IMG/VR virus record: IMGVR_UViG_3300010429_001449
Source of the DNA: a virus
Lineage: Duplodnaviria > Caudoviricetes
DNA length: 64,000 nt
Reading direction: 5' to 3' (one strand)
Made by a program: the position numbers and the translations under genes. Each line of letters opens with the position of its first letter. Position 1 is the first letter of the stretch. This document shows, piece after piece, positions 1-9,681 of the stretch. Below the pieces are notes generated by a model. It was not told where the DNA came from. It searched no databases and saw only the letters and a program-made list of their open reading frames with translations.

Positions 1-353
1 TTGGTGATGCTGAACGTGCCGTGGAACGGCTCTTCGCAAGTGCCGCAAGACATCGAGAAGCGAACGTCGTCGCCCTTCGATATCTTCCTGATCTGGAGCA
101 AGAGAAACTCCCTGTCGCCAAGAAGCATCTCCGTGAAAGTTCGGCGGTCAATCTTGACGCTGCCGAGAGCCTTCACGCAGCTTTGAAGGATAACGTCTGT
201 TACCCTCGTGGCGTCCCTGCGAACGTCCGCCCTAGCGATGTCTTTCCGGGTCATTCCCGTCATCGGGATGATGTCGGCGGTCGTTACGACCTTATCGCCG
301 TCCATTACGCCTGCCGGGAGTACAACTCCCACTGGTTGAATCAACGACTCCAT
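1..353 (-). CDS. Partial tail/baseplate assembly protein (T4 gp26-like / CIS hub-chaperone-like); runs off the window
   Basis: Not in the ORF track. AAGGAGG RBS, then ATG at 353. Translates MESLIQPVGVVLPAGV...PMTG...LLGDREFLLLQIRKISKG...CGTC. Directly follows the tube genes. Confidence 0.65.
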   Translation of the reverse strand, partial: MESLIQPVGVVLPAGVMDGDKVVTTADIIPMTGMTRKDIARADVRRDATRVTDVILQSCVKALGSVKIDRRTFTEMLLGDREFLLLQIRKISKGDDVRFSMSCGTCEEPFHGTFSIT

Positions 354-410
354 CACAAACCTCCTTGGTCACAGACCATTGGAAGAAGAACACAACGCGG
401 CGCAGCAGCA

Positions 411-974
411 TTAGCCCAACTTCTTTCCCCAATGAATGCCCTCGTGCGCAACAACGAGGTTCTGAATCCAGACTTCGTTGCCCGCCGCGTTGAGTTCGTT
501 GGTGCTTATTTCTTTCGGCCACGCACGCAAAAGCGTAACCGTCCTAGCGATCCTCGGCGACACCTCGCCGCTGCTGACATCTCCCTTATCGTAAACGTCT
601 ATCCTGATTGTGCCTTTGTATCCCGCGTCAGAAGAACCCTCTTGGCCATCCAGCGTAGCTTGTGTAACAATGTCGTTAGCAGGCACGCCAGCAATGTTTT
701 GGGTCCACTTAAGCAACTCTTGACTGTCGGGAGACCATCCACGCGAAAACGCCACGTCATCGTACTTCACGAGACCCGGAGTTTTCTTGACGGTGACGCC
801 GAACTTGTAATTACCCTCGCGGTAATCAATCTCGGCTACGGCCTGTTTCAGGCCGCTAACCTTCATGAAACCACAAACCGCCCCGGTAGCGTAACCGTTA
901 ACCGAGTCTATTGTGACAGCGTACCTGAAGTTTCGGATCGGATCGGCAGGCCCTATTTCTACGGGAATTGCCAT
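411..974 (-). CDS. Tail tube protein (T4 gp19-like), paralog 3
   Basis: DPIRNFRY, GFMKVSGL, IDYREG, PGLVKY, AWP and LVVAHEG motifs; downstream of the sheath. Confidence 0.9.
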   Translation of the reverse strand: MAIPVEIGPADPIRNFRYAVTIDSVNGYATGAVCGFMKVSGLKQAVAEIDYREGNYKFGVTVKKTPGLVKYDDVAFSRGWSPDSQELLKWTQNIAGVPANDIVTQATLDGQEGSSDAGYKGTIRIDVYDKGDVSSGEVSPRIARTVTLLRAWPKEISTNELNAAGNEVWIQNLVVAHEGIHWGKKLG

Positions 975-986
975 GACAAACCTCCT

Positions 987-1646
987 TTAATCAAGCCTGA
1001 ATGGCCCTGTAATGTCCAAGTTGTCGCCTGCATCCGCGATGCTCTGGCGCATCGCGGACTTGAACCTGTCGGCGACCTTTTCCATCCAACTGGAAGGCTC
1101 GCCCCATGCGAGTCCTTCGTGAACAAGAGTCATTGACTCTATGATGACGGCGTTGCCCATGCCTTCGAGCGGTGTTACAGCGAGCTTGGCGGGCCAAGCG
1201 CGATACAAATAACACTTGCGAGAGACGAAGGCCGGATCGCCCTTGCCCAGAATCGAAATGGTCACGGTTCGTTTGTACGGAGCCTGGCTGTGCTTCAGCG
1301 GGGCCAAACCGTCTTCAACACGCCTTCCGCCAGCGGTTCCGCCGACTTGCATACGCCACCGTTCGAGCGTCGTGTTTTCAGAAAATCCGCTTTCGAGCAC
1401 GACGGGAGAGTACTTTATGAGACCGGGCGACTTCTTGGGCGTGACGCCCCATTTGTAGTTGCCCTCGCGGTACTCTATGACGTTGGACTCTTCTTCGATG
1501 CCGGACACTTTCGTGAATCCGGCCTCGCTCAACAAACCAGCAACGGAGACGTGGTAACGAAAATTGCGCAGCGGCTCGTTCAACTCCGAGCTTATCGTTC
1601 CCGTGCTGGCTCTTGAAAAGATGTTGTCGAAGAATCCCATCGTCAT
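987..1646 (-). CDS. Tail tube protein (T4 gp19-like), paralog 2
   Basis: PLRNFRY, GFTKVSG, IEYREG, PGLIKY, AWP, IIESMTLVHEG. Confidence 0.9.
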   Translation of the reverse strand: MTMGFFDNIFSRASTGTISSELNEPLRNFRYHVSVAGLLSEAGFTKVSGIEEESNVIEYREGNYKWGVTPKKSPGLIKYSPVVLESGFSENTTLERWRMQVGGTAGGRRVEDGLAPLKHSQAPYKRTVTISILGKGDPAFVSRKCYLYRAWPAKLAVTPLEGMGNAVIIESMTLVHEGLAWGEPSSWMEKVADRFKSAMRQSIADAGDNLDITGPFRLD

Positions 1647-1649
1647 TCC

Positions 1650-2189
1650 TCAGATGAACGAGATGCCTTCACACGCCACAGTAAGCTTGTGAATCAGAAT
1701 CTTACTGGATTCTGCGTCTAGTGTATCAGCCTCCAGACCAATAGGCCAAGCATAATGTAGTACGAAGCCGTGCATCGGCCACGCAGCCTCTAAGCCAGTA
1801 GCGCCTAAGCCTGCAGGGTCTTGCATACCAACGGCACCAACAAAACCACCCTTGTAAAACTTAGGCGCAGGAAGGTGAATATTAACCTTCTTGAAGCCAG
1901 TGTAAGGGCCAAACCCTCCTTTTCGCCCCAGAGCGAAAAGTTGGCGCATCTTCGCAAACAAAAGGCTATTTTCGGTCACGCCCCGCTCAAAGACAACAGG
2001 TCCAAAATCGGCCACGTCCGGCAATTTTCGTGGAGAGAGAAGCTCCGTGCATTCGGTCCAAACAAGGGGGGTTATGGAGGCTCTTAGGCCGGATATTTTC
2101 GAGAAACCTACCGAATCCACTCCATCAAAGTTCACAGTAAACTTGAAGCCTACGGTAGGGTCTTCGGGGCCTAGTTGAATGGTCGCCAT
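1650..2189 (-). CDS. Tail tube protein (T4 gp19-like), divergent paralog 1
   Basis: DPTVGFKF, GFSKISGL, FERG, AWP, LTVACEG. Confidence 0.8.
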   Translation of the reverse strand: MATIQLGPEDPTVGFKFTVNFDGVDSVGFSKISGLRASITPLVWTECTELLSPRKLPDVADFGPVVFERGVTENSLLFAKMRQLFALGRKGGFGPYTGFKKVNIHLPAPKFYKGGFVGAVGMQDPAGLGATGLEAAWPMHGFVLHYAWPIGLEADTLDAESSKILIHKLTVACEGISFI

Positions 2190-2329
2190 CTAAACCAATC
2201 CGCACTTACAAAGCGCTTGGAGTGGCGCGTCAACCGAACCGGGCGGCGTAACGAACGCCAGCCACAGGCTGGCGCGGCAACTCCACGATCAAGCCGCGCC
2301 ACAAAGGCTGGGCGCGTGCTTCTGCGATG

Positions 2330-2338
2330 ATTATAGCA
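2330..2338 (-). promoter_or_regulatory. Extended -10 promoter for the tube genes
   Basis: TGcTATAAT between the sheath terminator and the first tube gene; -35 is weak. Confidence 0.5.
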
Positions 2339-2395
2339 CAAGTGTTTTCAAGAAAGAAAGACCCTGATTCGAGAATTTTGGCGCAACCAAGGGTA

Positions 2396-2432
2396 CAAGA
2401 AAGGAGGCTTGCCGTCTCCGACAAGCCTCCTT
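2396..2432 (-). terminator. Intrinsic terminator after the sheath gene
   Basis: AAGGAGGCTTG...CAAGCCTCCTT stem followed by a short T-rich tail. Confidence 0.65.
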
Positions 2433-2454
2433 GAGCTTCCTGCTCCTGAGAGTT

Positions 2455-5184
2455 CTAGCCTCTGCGGCTGATTTCTTCGCTGATCGTCGTCCCGCCACTC
2501 CAAAGGCCGACCCTGAAGATAACGAACTCTGCAGGGTACTGCGGGTTGATTCCAACTTCGCAGAACACGCGCCCGGCGCGACGTTCGGAATCCGGGTTCG
2601 TTTCCTCGTCGCACTTGACGAAGTAGGCGCGGGATTCGTCCGTGGGCGGATAGAGCATTCCACGCGCCCACATCGAGGACAGGAACTCGCCTACGACGGC
2701 GTTTATCTGTCCCCACAGCCGTTGATCGTTAGGCTCGTAGATGACCCAGCGCATTCCTTCCTTCAAGGACGCCTTGACGAAGTTGACCGTCCTGCGGATG
2801 GAGATGTAGTGGAATCCGTCCTGAACGCTCGTCATTGTCCGAGCGCCCATGCAGCGGATGCCCTGGCCGGGGAAGAACCGGATTACGTTGATTCCTGCGG
2901 GGTGCAGGAGGTCGTGCTCGCGGTCGTTCACGCGGTATTGGACATCTACGATGCCGTTGATCGGAATGTTCGCCGGAGAGACGTGTACGCCTCGCACAGC
3001 GCCTACGGCTGCCCATTGACCGGCCATGTAACCGCTCGGCGGGAAGTATTCGCGCCGATCCGGGTTGAAATCGTCAACGATGGCCAACCAAGGGTAGTAG
3101 AAGGCCGCGTGGCTCGTGTCCAGATTGAGCGTGTACTGGCGGTAGTAAAGGATTTCCTGCGGCTCGTCGTACTGCGCGGAGTAAGGAGCGTCCAGCAAGC
3201 AGTCGATGAAGCCGTTGTTCTCGCACCAGCCGCCGAGACCCACCTGAACACCTACGTCGGTTACGCCCGGAATGGCCACGAAATTGAGGGTTGGAACGTC
3301 CTCGAAGAGGTAAACGCCGCTCTTGGGCGGAATCGGGCCTTCGTAACCTAGGTAGTCCTGGGCCACAAGAGTCGATCCGTCATGGCCGAAGGCCAGCGAC
3401 ACATTTACGACCGGGTACGGAATCAGTTGCCAGTATGCGCCCGCGAGCGCGGGGGACGCGCCTTGATCCGTCGCCGTGATGAAGTAGCTCTCGTTGCTGT
3501 CGCCGGAAAGGCGAATCGCAATGTCGTCGTCTTCGTTGGTCACAACGGCGTTAGGCATCGCCAAACCTACGAAAGACTCGGCCAACTGGCTCTTTTCGTA
3601 GATTTGCATACTGAACTCTTGGCTTACGACGTTCGCGCCCGTCAGAATCGTGGACGACAACACTACCGCAGCGAACTTGATCTTGCCCGGCTCTACGGCG
3701 GTAACAACTACCGTGGCGAGCGTTGTGCCGTCCTCGATTGTAACGACTTGACCTACTCTCGCGGCGTAAGTTGAACTGACCGTCAGTTCGGTGTCGCCGT
3801 TGGCGAGAGGAGCCGTGCTGACCGTGGACATTCTGTGGTAGGAGGCGCTGCGAATGATCGCGTCTGCCGCGATGGTATTGGGGTTGCCGGGGTTTGTGTT
3901 GTCGCCGGAATGCAGCGTGATCTGGAACGTTGCAACGTTAACATCCGTACAGATGCCTACGAATGTCTGTCCCGGAGCCACAGCGTCCTCAACAACGATT
4001 ACGTCGCCGATCTGGATGCCATTGATGTTCGACACCGTGAGGACAACGACCGCGCCCGGACCCGGAGCAACCGGCGCAAGCTCGTTGACAGTCGTTTGGA
4101 GCTTCTGGGTCGTTATGGACAGACTGTTGCCCCAGAAGCCTTCGCTGATGGCGTCAATCTTCAGCGTATCCTCTTGGCCGTCCGTCGAACCCGTTATGCC
4201 CGCCGTGTCGATGCCTATCGTTGCAGCAGGCGTTCCAACTAAGTCGGCGATAACGAGTGTTCCAGCTACACCCGACGTGATCGAACGAACGCGAACAGCC
4301 GCGCCCAGCGCGTCCACATCGGCGGTAGCAGGCTCAAGAACGGCGCTCATGATCGTGTTCAATTCCGTGGACGATACGCTGTCGATGTTCTGAACGTTTC
4401 CACCGCCGCTGTACGTTCCGGCGGTCAGCAGGAGAGGAACCAGCGCGTTCAAGGGGCCTGCGCCAGCCGTGAGGATCAGGCTGGAGGACAACCCTTCAGT
4501 ATCGGACGTAATGGTAAGGGTGTAAGTAAGCGGGGCTACCAGCGTGGCTGTCATTACGCCACCGTGAAGCTGACCGTTTACGTCGGCGAGAAGCTCGTTC
4601 TGGTCGGCGTACGTGCCGCCGCCGCCACCGCTCAGCGTAATGGTTTGAACGTCCGCCTCACTATCCGTCTGTACCGTGAAGTAGAAACCAGCCGTGGCCG
4701 CCAGCGGGAACAGAACCGGTGCGCCGGTATGCGTCGCCGGTGTAGCGGTGAACGTAATTGGCAGCGGGCCGCCCGTGTCGGACGTAACGTTGAAGCTGTC
4801 GCCGTTGTCGAGATTGAAGGGGCCTGAGCCTCCGACAATCTCAGCGGGAGTGTCCTGGAACGCGGTCTCGCCCAGCATCCCCGTGGCTTTCTGCAGCACG
4901 GTATCGCGTTGATTCAAAACGCGAACGACGTAGGCAATCCGCCCGCCGTTCTCGAAGAAGGCCCTAACCGAAGGTTGAAGGAAGCTGCCCGAATAGCGGC
5001 CTCCAAAGCGGCTGTTGAAGTCTTCGGTGTTCGTGACCACAACAGCGCGGTCAAGCGGCCCCTTCTCGGCAATACCGATGAAGCCCGCAACGTTGGCGCT
5101 TACTCCAGCGAGACGCGGGACTCCGCGTTCTTCAATGACGAAAACGTCTGGGTGTAACGTCTCGATGGCCGGAAGTGGCGACAT
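2455..5184 (-). CDS. Contractile tail sheath protein with large inserted domains
   Basis: N-terminal PDVFVIE...GFIGIAEKGP...FFENGG; C-terminal YYPW, PPSG, GVHVSPAN, GINVIR, GART, YISIRR, EPND, YFVKCDEETN, PAEFVIFR. Confidence 0.95.
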   Translation of the reverse strand: MSPLPAIETLHPDVFVIEERGVPRLAGVSANVAGFIGIAEKGPLDRAVVVTNTEDFNSRFGGRYSGSFLQPSVRAFFENGGRIAYVVRVLNQRDTVLQKATGMLGETAFQDTPAEIVGGSGPFNLDNGDSFNVTSDTGGPLPITFTATPATHTGAPVLFPLAATAGFYFTVQTDSEADVQTITLSGGGGGTYADQNELLADVNGQLHGGVMTATLVAPLTYTLTITSDTEGLSSSLILTAGAGPLNALVPLLLTAGTYSGGGNVQNIDSVSSTELNTIMSAVLEPATADVDALGAAVRVRSITSGVAGTLVIADLVGTPAATIGIDTAGITGSTDGQEDTLKIDAISEGFWGNSLSITTQKLQTTVNELAPVAPGPGAVVVLTVSNINGIQIGDVIVVEDAVAPGQTFVGICTDVNVATFQITLHSGDNTNPGNPNTIAADAIIRSASYHRMSTVSTAPLANGDTELTVSSTYAARVGQVVTIEDGTTLATVVVTAVEPGKIKFAAVVLSSTILTGANVVSQEFSMQIYEKSQLAESFVGLAMPNAVVTNEDDDIAIRLSGDSNESYFITATDQGASPALAGAYWQLIPYPVVNVSLAFGHDGSTLVAQDYLGYEGPIPPKSGVYLFEDVPTLNFVAIPGVTDVGVQVGLGGWCENNGFIDCLLDAPYSAQYDEPQEILYYRQYTLNLDTSHAAFYYPWLAIVDDFNPDRREYFPPSGYMAGQWAAVGAVRGVHVSPANIPINGIVDVQYRVNDREHDLLHPAGINVIRFFPGQGIRCMGARTMTSVQDGFHYISIRRTVNFVKASLKEGMRWVIYEPNDQRLWGQINAVVGEFLSSMWARGMLYPPTDESRAYFVKCDEETNPDSERRAGRVFCEVGINPQYPAEFVIFRVGLWSGGTTISEEISRRG

Positions 5185-5215
5185 CTGTTATCTCCTACTC
5201 GCTTGCTTGGGCGGG

Positions 5216-5512
5216 TTAATCCTCCGCCTTTTGCTGGGATTGCGCCACAGGCTTTGCTTGGGCGGCTCTTACTGCCGCTTTCTTCGCGTCCACTTTGCGC
5301 TGCGCCCTGACCTGCATCGTAGTAACGTCGACCAAAATGTGCTTTTTGATCAACCGGGCGACAAACTTCGACTGAACATCAGCCACATGAAGTTTTTTGG
5401 TTTCGCCGGGCTTGAAGAAGGTGCTACGAGGCTTACCTTTACGACTGAGGGCGGGCAATTCGACACAAAGAAGAGACCGATTCGTAGATCGCAGATACCT
5501 ATGCTGTTGCAC
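5216..5512 (-). CDS. Small basic hypothetical protein
   Basis: GGAGG RBS before GTG at 5512; lies between the tail-completion and sheath genes. Confidence 0.55.
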   Translation of the reverse strand: MQQHRYLRSTNRSLLCVELPALSRKGKPRSTFFKPGETKKLHVADVQSKFVARLIKKHILVDVTTMQVRAQRKVDAKKAAVRAAQAKPVAQSQQKAED

Positions 5513-5537
5513 GCTCGATCCTCCACAGGTGGACCGT

Positions 5538-6995
5538 CTATGACTCCGACCACACCGACTGGCGTGGGGCACTCACTGGTCTCAACATCACATTAAACTC
5601 TTCGACGAATGGAATGTCAATCGCAAAATCGGGGCGAAGGAACGTTCTTGCGACGACTTCTATCTGGAAATTCTTGGCATACAAGGCCGTTCCTACACGG
5701 TTTAAGTCGTCCATCGGCGATGCCCCTACGATTGCGAAAACCGTGTCTAGGGCCAACGAGGTCAGATCGCGGTACTGCGTCAGGGCGCGTTCTAGGGCGT
5801 CATTCATGGCCACGGCTTCGTGGTGCTTGTTCGAGAAACTGGTCAGGCGGATGGTGGATCGATGGTACGTTTGATGATAGGTTGCCCTGGCTACGCGACG
5901 CCCGTTGGATATTTCGTTCAAAAGGTGGCCTTGCCGCAGTTCCCTCTCTTCCGTGGCGGTTGGGATGAACGCTACGACAGACGGGTTGTTGGTGTTGTAA
6001 AAAATTTCTTCTGCGGTGATGAAAACCCGCGGTACGGCAAAAAGCTCCGCGCTCAAAACGCCTGTTTGCGGCGACGAAAGGATGATTCCTCTCCCGTCCC
6101 CTGTAAGAGCGCTGTACAAGTTCGTTGTCATCGTCGGATCATCGGTCAGGTTGAATACTTCAACCGGAGATGTCAGATGATCCCAGTTGTGATCAACCTG
6201 AAAGGTCGTAACACCGTTGGCGGAGGGGTCTGTCCATTTCGTACTTACAGCCAAAATACCATCGAGATAGCGTTTTACGCTCCTGAACATATCCTCGTTG
6301 TGATTGTAACGATAGTCCACAAAGTAGAGAACGCCCTGCAAACCCGGCGTCCTTTGTCCGTCCGTCGAAGGAGTAAGCTTTACGGCTAGGCGAATCTGCG
6401 GATCACTTCGGTTGAACGGGAATACGTTAAAGCCTTCATCCGCCTCGAAAACCGTGTTCCAGCGCGTAGCCAATGGCCCTACGGCCTCTTGCCACGCGCC
6501 GGTATCCCAAACGAGCCACGTGGCTCCGTCGTCGGGGGAGAGCCTGTAAGTTACCGAACCGCCGTACTCGTACGACTTCATGCGCCCGTCGCCGACACGG
6601 AATCCGAAACCGAAAACGTCTGGGTAGTGATGATCCGGCCCTAACGGATGAAGCCCGGTTCCATGACCGTAAGGAACCAATGTGGGTTCAACGAGAGGCG
6701 CACCGTTGGCGAAAGCTCCGTAACCGAAGTAGGACGGGCTGACATTGGCAGACGGCCCTACACCGCCCCACGTAATCTCCATAGGATAAAAGCCGAAAAG
6801 ACCGCGAAGCGCTTGCGGCTTCCAGTTTGGGAGAATCACTGTCGTTTCGTAATAGCGGCCAAACGGGTCGTACTGTGTCTGCGCAGCATTCAACCGTCTC
6901 AGTTTGAGCCGCCAAGCCGAATCAACGAAGGCTTTTAGGTCGTCTTCAAATACGAACCGCGAGGGGTGATCGAACAAGTGCAAGCCGTAGGCCAT
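5538..6995 (-). CDS. Putative tail completion/terminator protein with an N-terminal extension
   Basis: ~485 aa, TGATG-coupled to the upstream gene; function inferred from position only. Confidence 0.45.
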   Translation of the reverse strand: MAYGLHLFDHPSRFVFEDDLKAFVDSAWRLKLRRLNAAQTQYDPFGRYYETTVILPNWKPQALRGLFGFYPMEITWGGVGPSANVSPSYFGYGAFANGAPLVEPTLVPYGHGTGLHPLGPDHHYPDVFGFGFRVGDGRMKSYEYGGSVTYRLSPDDGATWLVWDTGAWQEAVGPLATRWNTVFEADEGFNVFPFNRSDPQIRLAVKLTPSTDGQRTPGLQGVLYFVDYRYNHNEDMFRSVKRYLDGILAVSTKWTDPSANGVTTFQVDHNWDHLTSPVEVFNLTDDPTMTTNLYSALTGDGRGIILSSPQTGVLSAELFAVPRVFITAEEIFYNTNNPSVVAFIPTATEERELRQGHLLNEISNGRRVARATYHQTYHRSTIRLTSFSNKHHEAVAMNDALERALTQYRDLTSLALDTVFAIVGASPMDDLNRVGTALYAKNFQIEVVARTFLRPDFAIDIPFVEEFNVMLRPVSAPRQSVWSES

Positions 6996-7420
6996 CAACC
7001 AACTCCGCCAAAGAAAATCGGCTGAATCACAACCTCTGTTGTAGTTTCCGGCGGCGGCCTACCCGCTTGCGAAAACCACTCCCGCAGTTCAGGCGTAACG
7101 CCGACGACAACGCCCTTGACCAACGCCTCGAAAGCCGTAACAACGTCGTCGTCGCCTTCTACGCCAATGTACTTTTTGTCGTCTTCGTCAGACTCCATAA
7201 CGCGCAGCGACGAAACCAATTCTTCGCCGGTGACTTCCCGTATGGCTCCGATGACGTGCAGCACCTTGACGGCGTTGAACGCAGAGCCGCTGGTCATCTC
7301 GCGCATTATGGCATTGGCCACCTTCGGCAGCGCCGCCTGAGCGTTTACGTAGGGTGCCGCCTCGGAGATGACTAACTGAAAGTCTTGTTCGAAACCTTCT
7401 AGCTCCGACTCGAACGACAT
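6995..7420 (-). CDS. Putative neck/tail-completion protein
   Basis: Coupled ORF in the neck cluster; positional call. Confidence 0.45.
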   Translation of the reverse strand: MSFESELEGFEQDFQLVISEAAPYVNAQAALPKVANAIMREMTSGSAFNAVKVLHVIGAIREVTGEELVSSLRVMESDEDDKKYIGVEGDDDVVTAFEALVKGVVVGVTPELREWFSQAGRPPPETTTEVVIQPIFFGGVG

Positions 7421-7878
7421 CAGACAGACTCCCTGACTTTGCGGTCTTGCTCGAACTCAATCTTCCACATCAAGAACTGCCTGCGGAGAGGCGAGAAAGG
7501 CGCGGCCTGTATGATCCGGAACAGCGTCTCGTATTGCGTGCGCCCTTTGGACGGACATCGCGGATTAGGACCATCGACGAACATCTTTACGATGAGATCG
7601 CCTTTCTTAGGCCCCTCTCCGTTGGTGTATCCGGCAGCCCGCAACTCGTTATAGCGAAACACGGCGGTGCCCCTCGAAGGAAGGGCATCGCCGGTTGAGG
7701 TTCGCTGCGTACCGTTGAAATCACGCGCACCTACCAACTGACCCTTGACCTTCCGCGTCGAGTACTTTCGGTAAGACTCGGCTTCGCGGAAATCAGGGTC
7801 CATAGGTGTATTTTCGAGCACAGATAGCTCGAAGGTACACCAGTTCATGCGTACTGGTAGTATTGATGCGTGACTCAC
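7420..7878 (-). CDS. Putative head-closure (stopper) protein
   Basis: DPDFRE and PKKGDLI motifs, ~150 aa, follows the adaptor. Confidence 0.55.
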   Translation of the reverse strand: MSHASILPVRMNWCTFELSVLENTPMDPDFREAESYRKYSTRKVKGQLVGARDFNGTQRTSTGDALPSRGTAVFRYNELRAAGYTNGEGPKKGDLIVKMFVDGPNPRCPSKGRTQYETLFRIIQAAPFSPLRRQFLMWKIEFEQDRKVRESV

Positions 7879-7905
7879 AGTGCATCGCTATTCAGGGAGT
7901 AGGCG

Positions 7906-8121
7906 TTAGAACGACTGCGGGCCGAACGTTCCGTAGAAGTACGCCGCCCAACGAGCCTGACCTACCTGGCGGGCGACCTGATTCTGAATCGCCTCGTAGT
8001 TGGTCATGATCGTTGTTAGCTGTTCCCTAGCCAACAGCTTGGCCTGAGTGTCCGGACTGATCATGAGAACACGGCCAGAAATCGCGGCATCGCGGGGACC
8101 AGAGGTGAAAGCCATTGTCAA
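7906..8121 (-). CDS. Hypothetical protein
   Basis: AGGAGG RBS; fills the gap in the neck operon. Confidence 0.55.
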   Translation of the reverse strand: MTMAFTSGPRDAAISGRVLMISPDTQAKLLAREQLTTIMTNYEAIQNQVARQVGQARWAAYFYGTFGPQSF

Positions 8122-8129
8122 TCCTCCTG

Positions 8130-9047
8130 CTAAACGACTCCGATGTAGAGTCTGTTACTACTGTACTGCTGCAAAATGTCGTCCACTTCCGGATTGCCGG
8201 TAGTGAATTCGCCGCCGCCGGGACCGTAGTCCACGGGCAGCTTCGTTAACCCATAAGAATAACCTTCTACACTCTCGTTTGTCAACCGCTTTGTAAACCA
8301 CGGCGGACATTCAACGTCTGCCCAGCCCATCTGCTCGCCTTTGTCCAGAATGAGCAGGATGGTGGCTCGCTTGATGAGGAACGGAATACGACCGAAACGA
8401 GTGACTTTGCTGTTCTGCGTGATCGAAACAGAAGTCGGCTCAACAAGAAAGCGGCTCAAAGCAGTGTCTATGGCTTTGATTTCGCGGGGGACAGAGTAAG
8501 GCCACGGCGTATCACCGATAAGGATTACGTCGCCGACCTCAATCGTTTCGGGAATCGTGTTGACCGGAATGTGAATCGAGCCTTTAGGTACAGCGGCGGT
8601 CAACAACATTTCCTCTTTGTAGTAGTCGTCTTCAAGCCATCCAAAAACACCATCAAGCTCCACGAAACGCGGCTGCGAAGGCAGATAAGCGCGGTAGTCC
8701 AGCATCCGGACATAACGATCCATCCGCTCCCAAGAAATGCTAGGAAGAGTCATCAAGACCAAGCCAGGCTTGGCGATCTTTACGGCGTCCAGACGAAGGA
8801 TAGGGATGAAGTACGGGGCCGCCACAACCGACGATCCGTGCGCGTCCAGCCGCTCGTTCAGGCGAACGGGCATAAACCACTGGCGCGTGAGAAGATTGAT
8901 CCACTGACTCATGCGCCGGATGAACGCCCTTGCGCGGTCGTCATCGATGTATTCTTCGGAGATGTCCTCGGCGCGGAGTTCGTCCAGCGTGATGTAAGAA
9001 AAATCACCCGAATCTGGCTTGAAGATTTGATCGGGCATTTTAGACAC
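8130..9047 (-). CDS. Putative head-tail adaptor
   Basis: YITLDELR...INLLTRQWF...G.FGW...IP..IKRAT...ESVEGYSY...TG..EVD.IL..Y pattern typical of gp6/gp15-like adaptors. Confidence 0.7.
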   Translation of the reverse strand: MSKMPDQIFKPDSGDFSYITLDELRAEDISEEYIDDDRARAFIRRMSQWINLLTRQWFMPVRLNERLDAHGSSVVAAPYFIPILRLDAVKIAKPGLVLMTLPSISWERMDRYVRMLDYRAYLPSQPRFVELDGVFGWLEDDYYKEEMLLTAAVPKGSIHIPVNTIPETIEVGDVILIGDTPWPYSVPREIKAIDTALSRFLVEPTSVSITQNSKVTRFGRIPFLIKRATILLILDKGEQMGWADVECPPWFTKRLTNESVEGYSYGLTKLPVDYGPGGGEFTTGNPEVDDILQQYSSNRLYIGVV

Positions 9048-9474
9048 TCCTCTGGCGTCGGGTTCTGGCGAAATGGTAGAACATCACAGGATCAGCCATG
9101 TCTTCACTAACCACACGCCAAATCTTTGCCGGTGGCAACCCCTTGTCAGACGGCGCTTTTCGCGTATCCCACAAAGAAACCTTACCCTGCTCCGAAGCTT
9201 CTGCCAAAGTCTGCCCGGAGCGGGGTTCTATTGGAGGAAACGGGCCAATCAAGTTGCCATTAGCGTCCGATTCCCGATAGAGATAAACGCCACTGTCCGT
9301 GTTCCCTTGGAACAGGAAGTAATCTCCATCCTCATCGGCCACCTCCGTAGGCACGCCCCCCGACCGCATTCCCGTGCTAGGGTCAAGCACTCCTGCTTCA
9401 AAAAAGTAGAAGTTGCCGGAAGGCGTGGTTACGGCTTTGCGACCTCGTTGTTGCATCACAAACCAGCGGGACAT
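9040..9474 (-). CDS. Hypothetical virion-module protein
   Basis: GGAGG RBS before ATG at 9474. Confidence 0.6.
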   Translation of the reverse strand: MSRWFVMQQRGRKAVTTPSGNFYFFEAGVLDPSTGMRSGGVPTEVADEDGDYFLFQGNTDSGVYLYRESDANGNLIGPFPPIEPRSGQTLAEASEQGKVSLWDTRKAPSDKGLPPAKIWRVVSEDMADPVMFYHFARTRRQRSV

Positions 9475-9494
9475 CCTTTTCCTCCAATAAGTGT

Positions 9495-9523
9495 ATGATA
9501 AGCCCTCTATCCCCGCAGAGCAA
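9495..9523 (-). promoter_or_regulatory. Candidate promoter of the neck operon
   Basis: TTGCTC-N17-TATCAT just after the terminator. Confidence 0.4.
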
Positions 9524-9525
9524 CC

Positions 9526-9560
9526 AAAAAGAAGGGGCGGCCACAATAATGGCCGCCCCT
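9526..9560 (-). terminator. Intrinsic terminator
   Basis: AGGGGCGGCCA/TGGCCGCCCCT stem followed by TCTTTTT. Confidence 0.85.
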
Positions 9561-9640
9561 AATCTTACCGGTGACTCCGTTGGAGGCTGTCGTCAGAGCC
9601 ACCTCGAACCGCACCAGCCGGGAACCGGTGCTATGCTATT
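9526..9640 (-). ncRNA. Candidate ~115 nt small RNA
   Basis: Own promoter, two hairpins and a terminator; no RBS-supported ORF. Confidence 0.45.
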
Positions 9641-9646
9641 AAACAT

Positions 9647-9675
9647 AGTCTAATCGTCCGGAGTAGCGTTGTCAA
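9647..9675 (-). promoter_or_regulatory. Sigma70-like promoter
   Basis: TTGACA-N17-TAGACT. Confidence 0.7.
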
Positions 9676-9681
9676 GAGGCT

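Noticed and set aside
1-7878. Stand-alone eCIS or tailocin locus
   Set aside because: Capsid, protease, portal and terminase are present on the same strand, so this is a phage tail
9593-9646. 17-codon ORF inside the candidate sRNA
   Set aside because: The ATG abuts the -10 box, so it probably lies upstream of the transcription start, and there is no RBS
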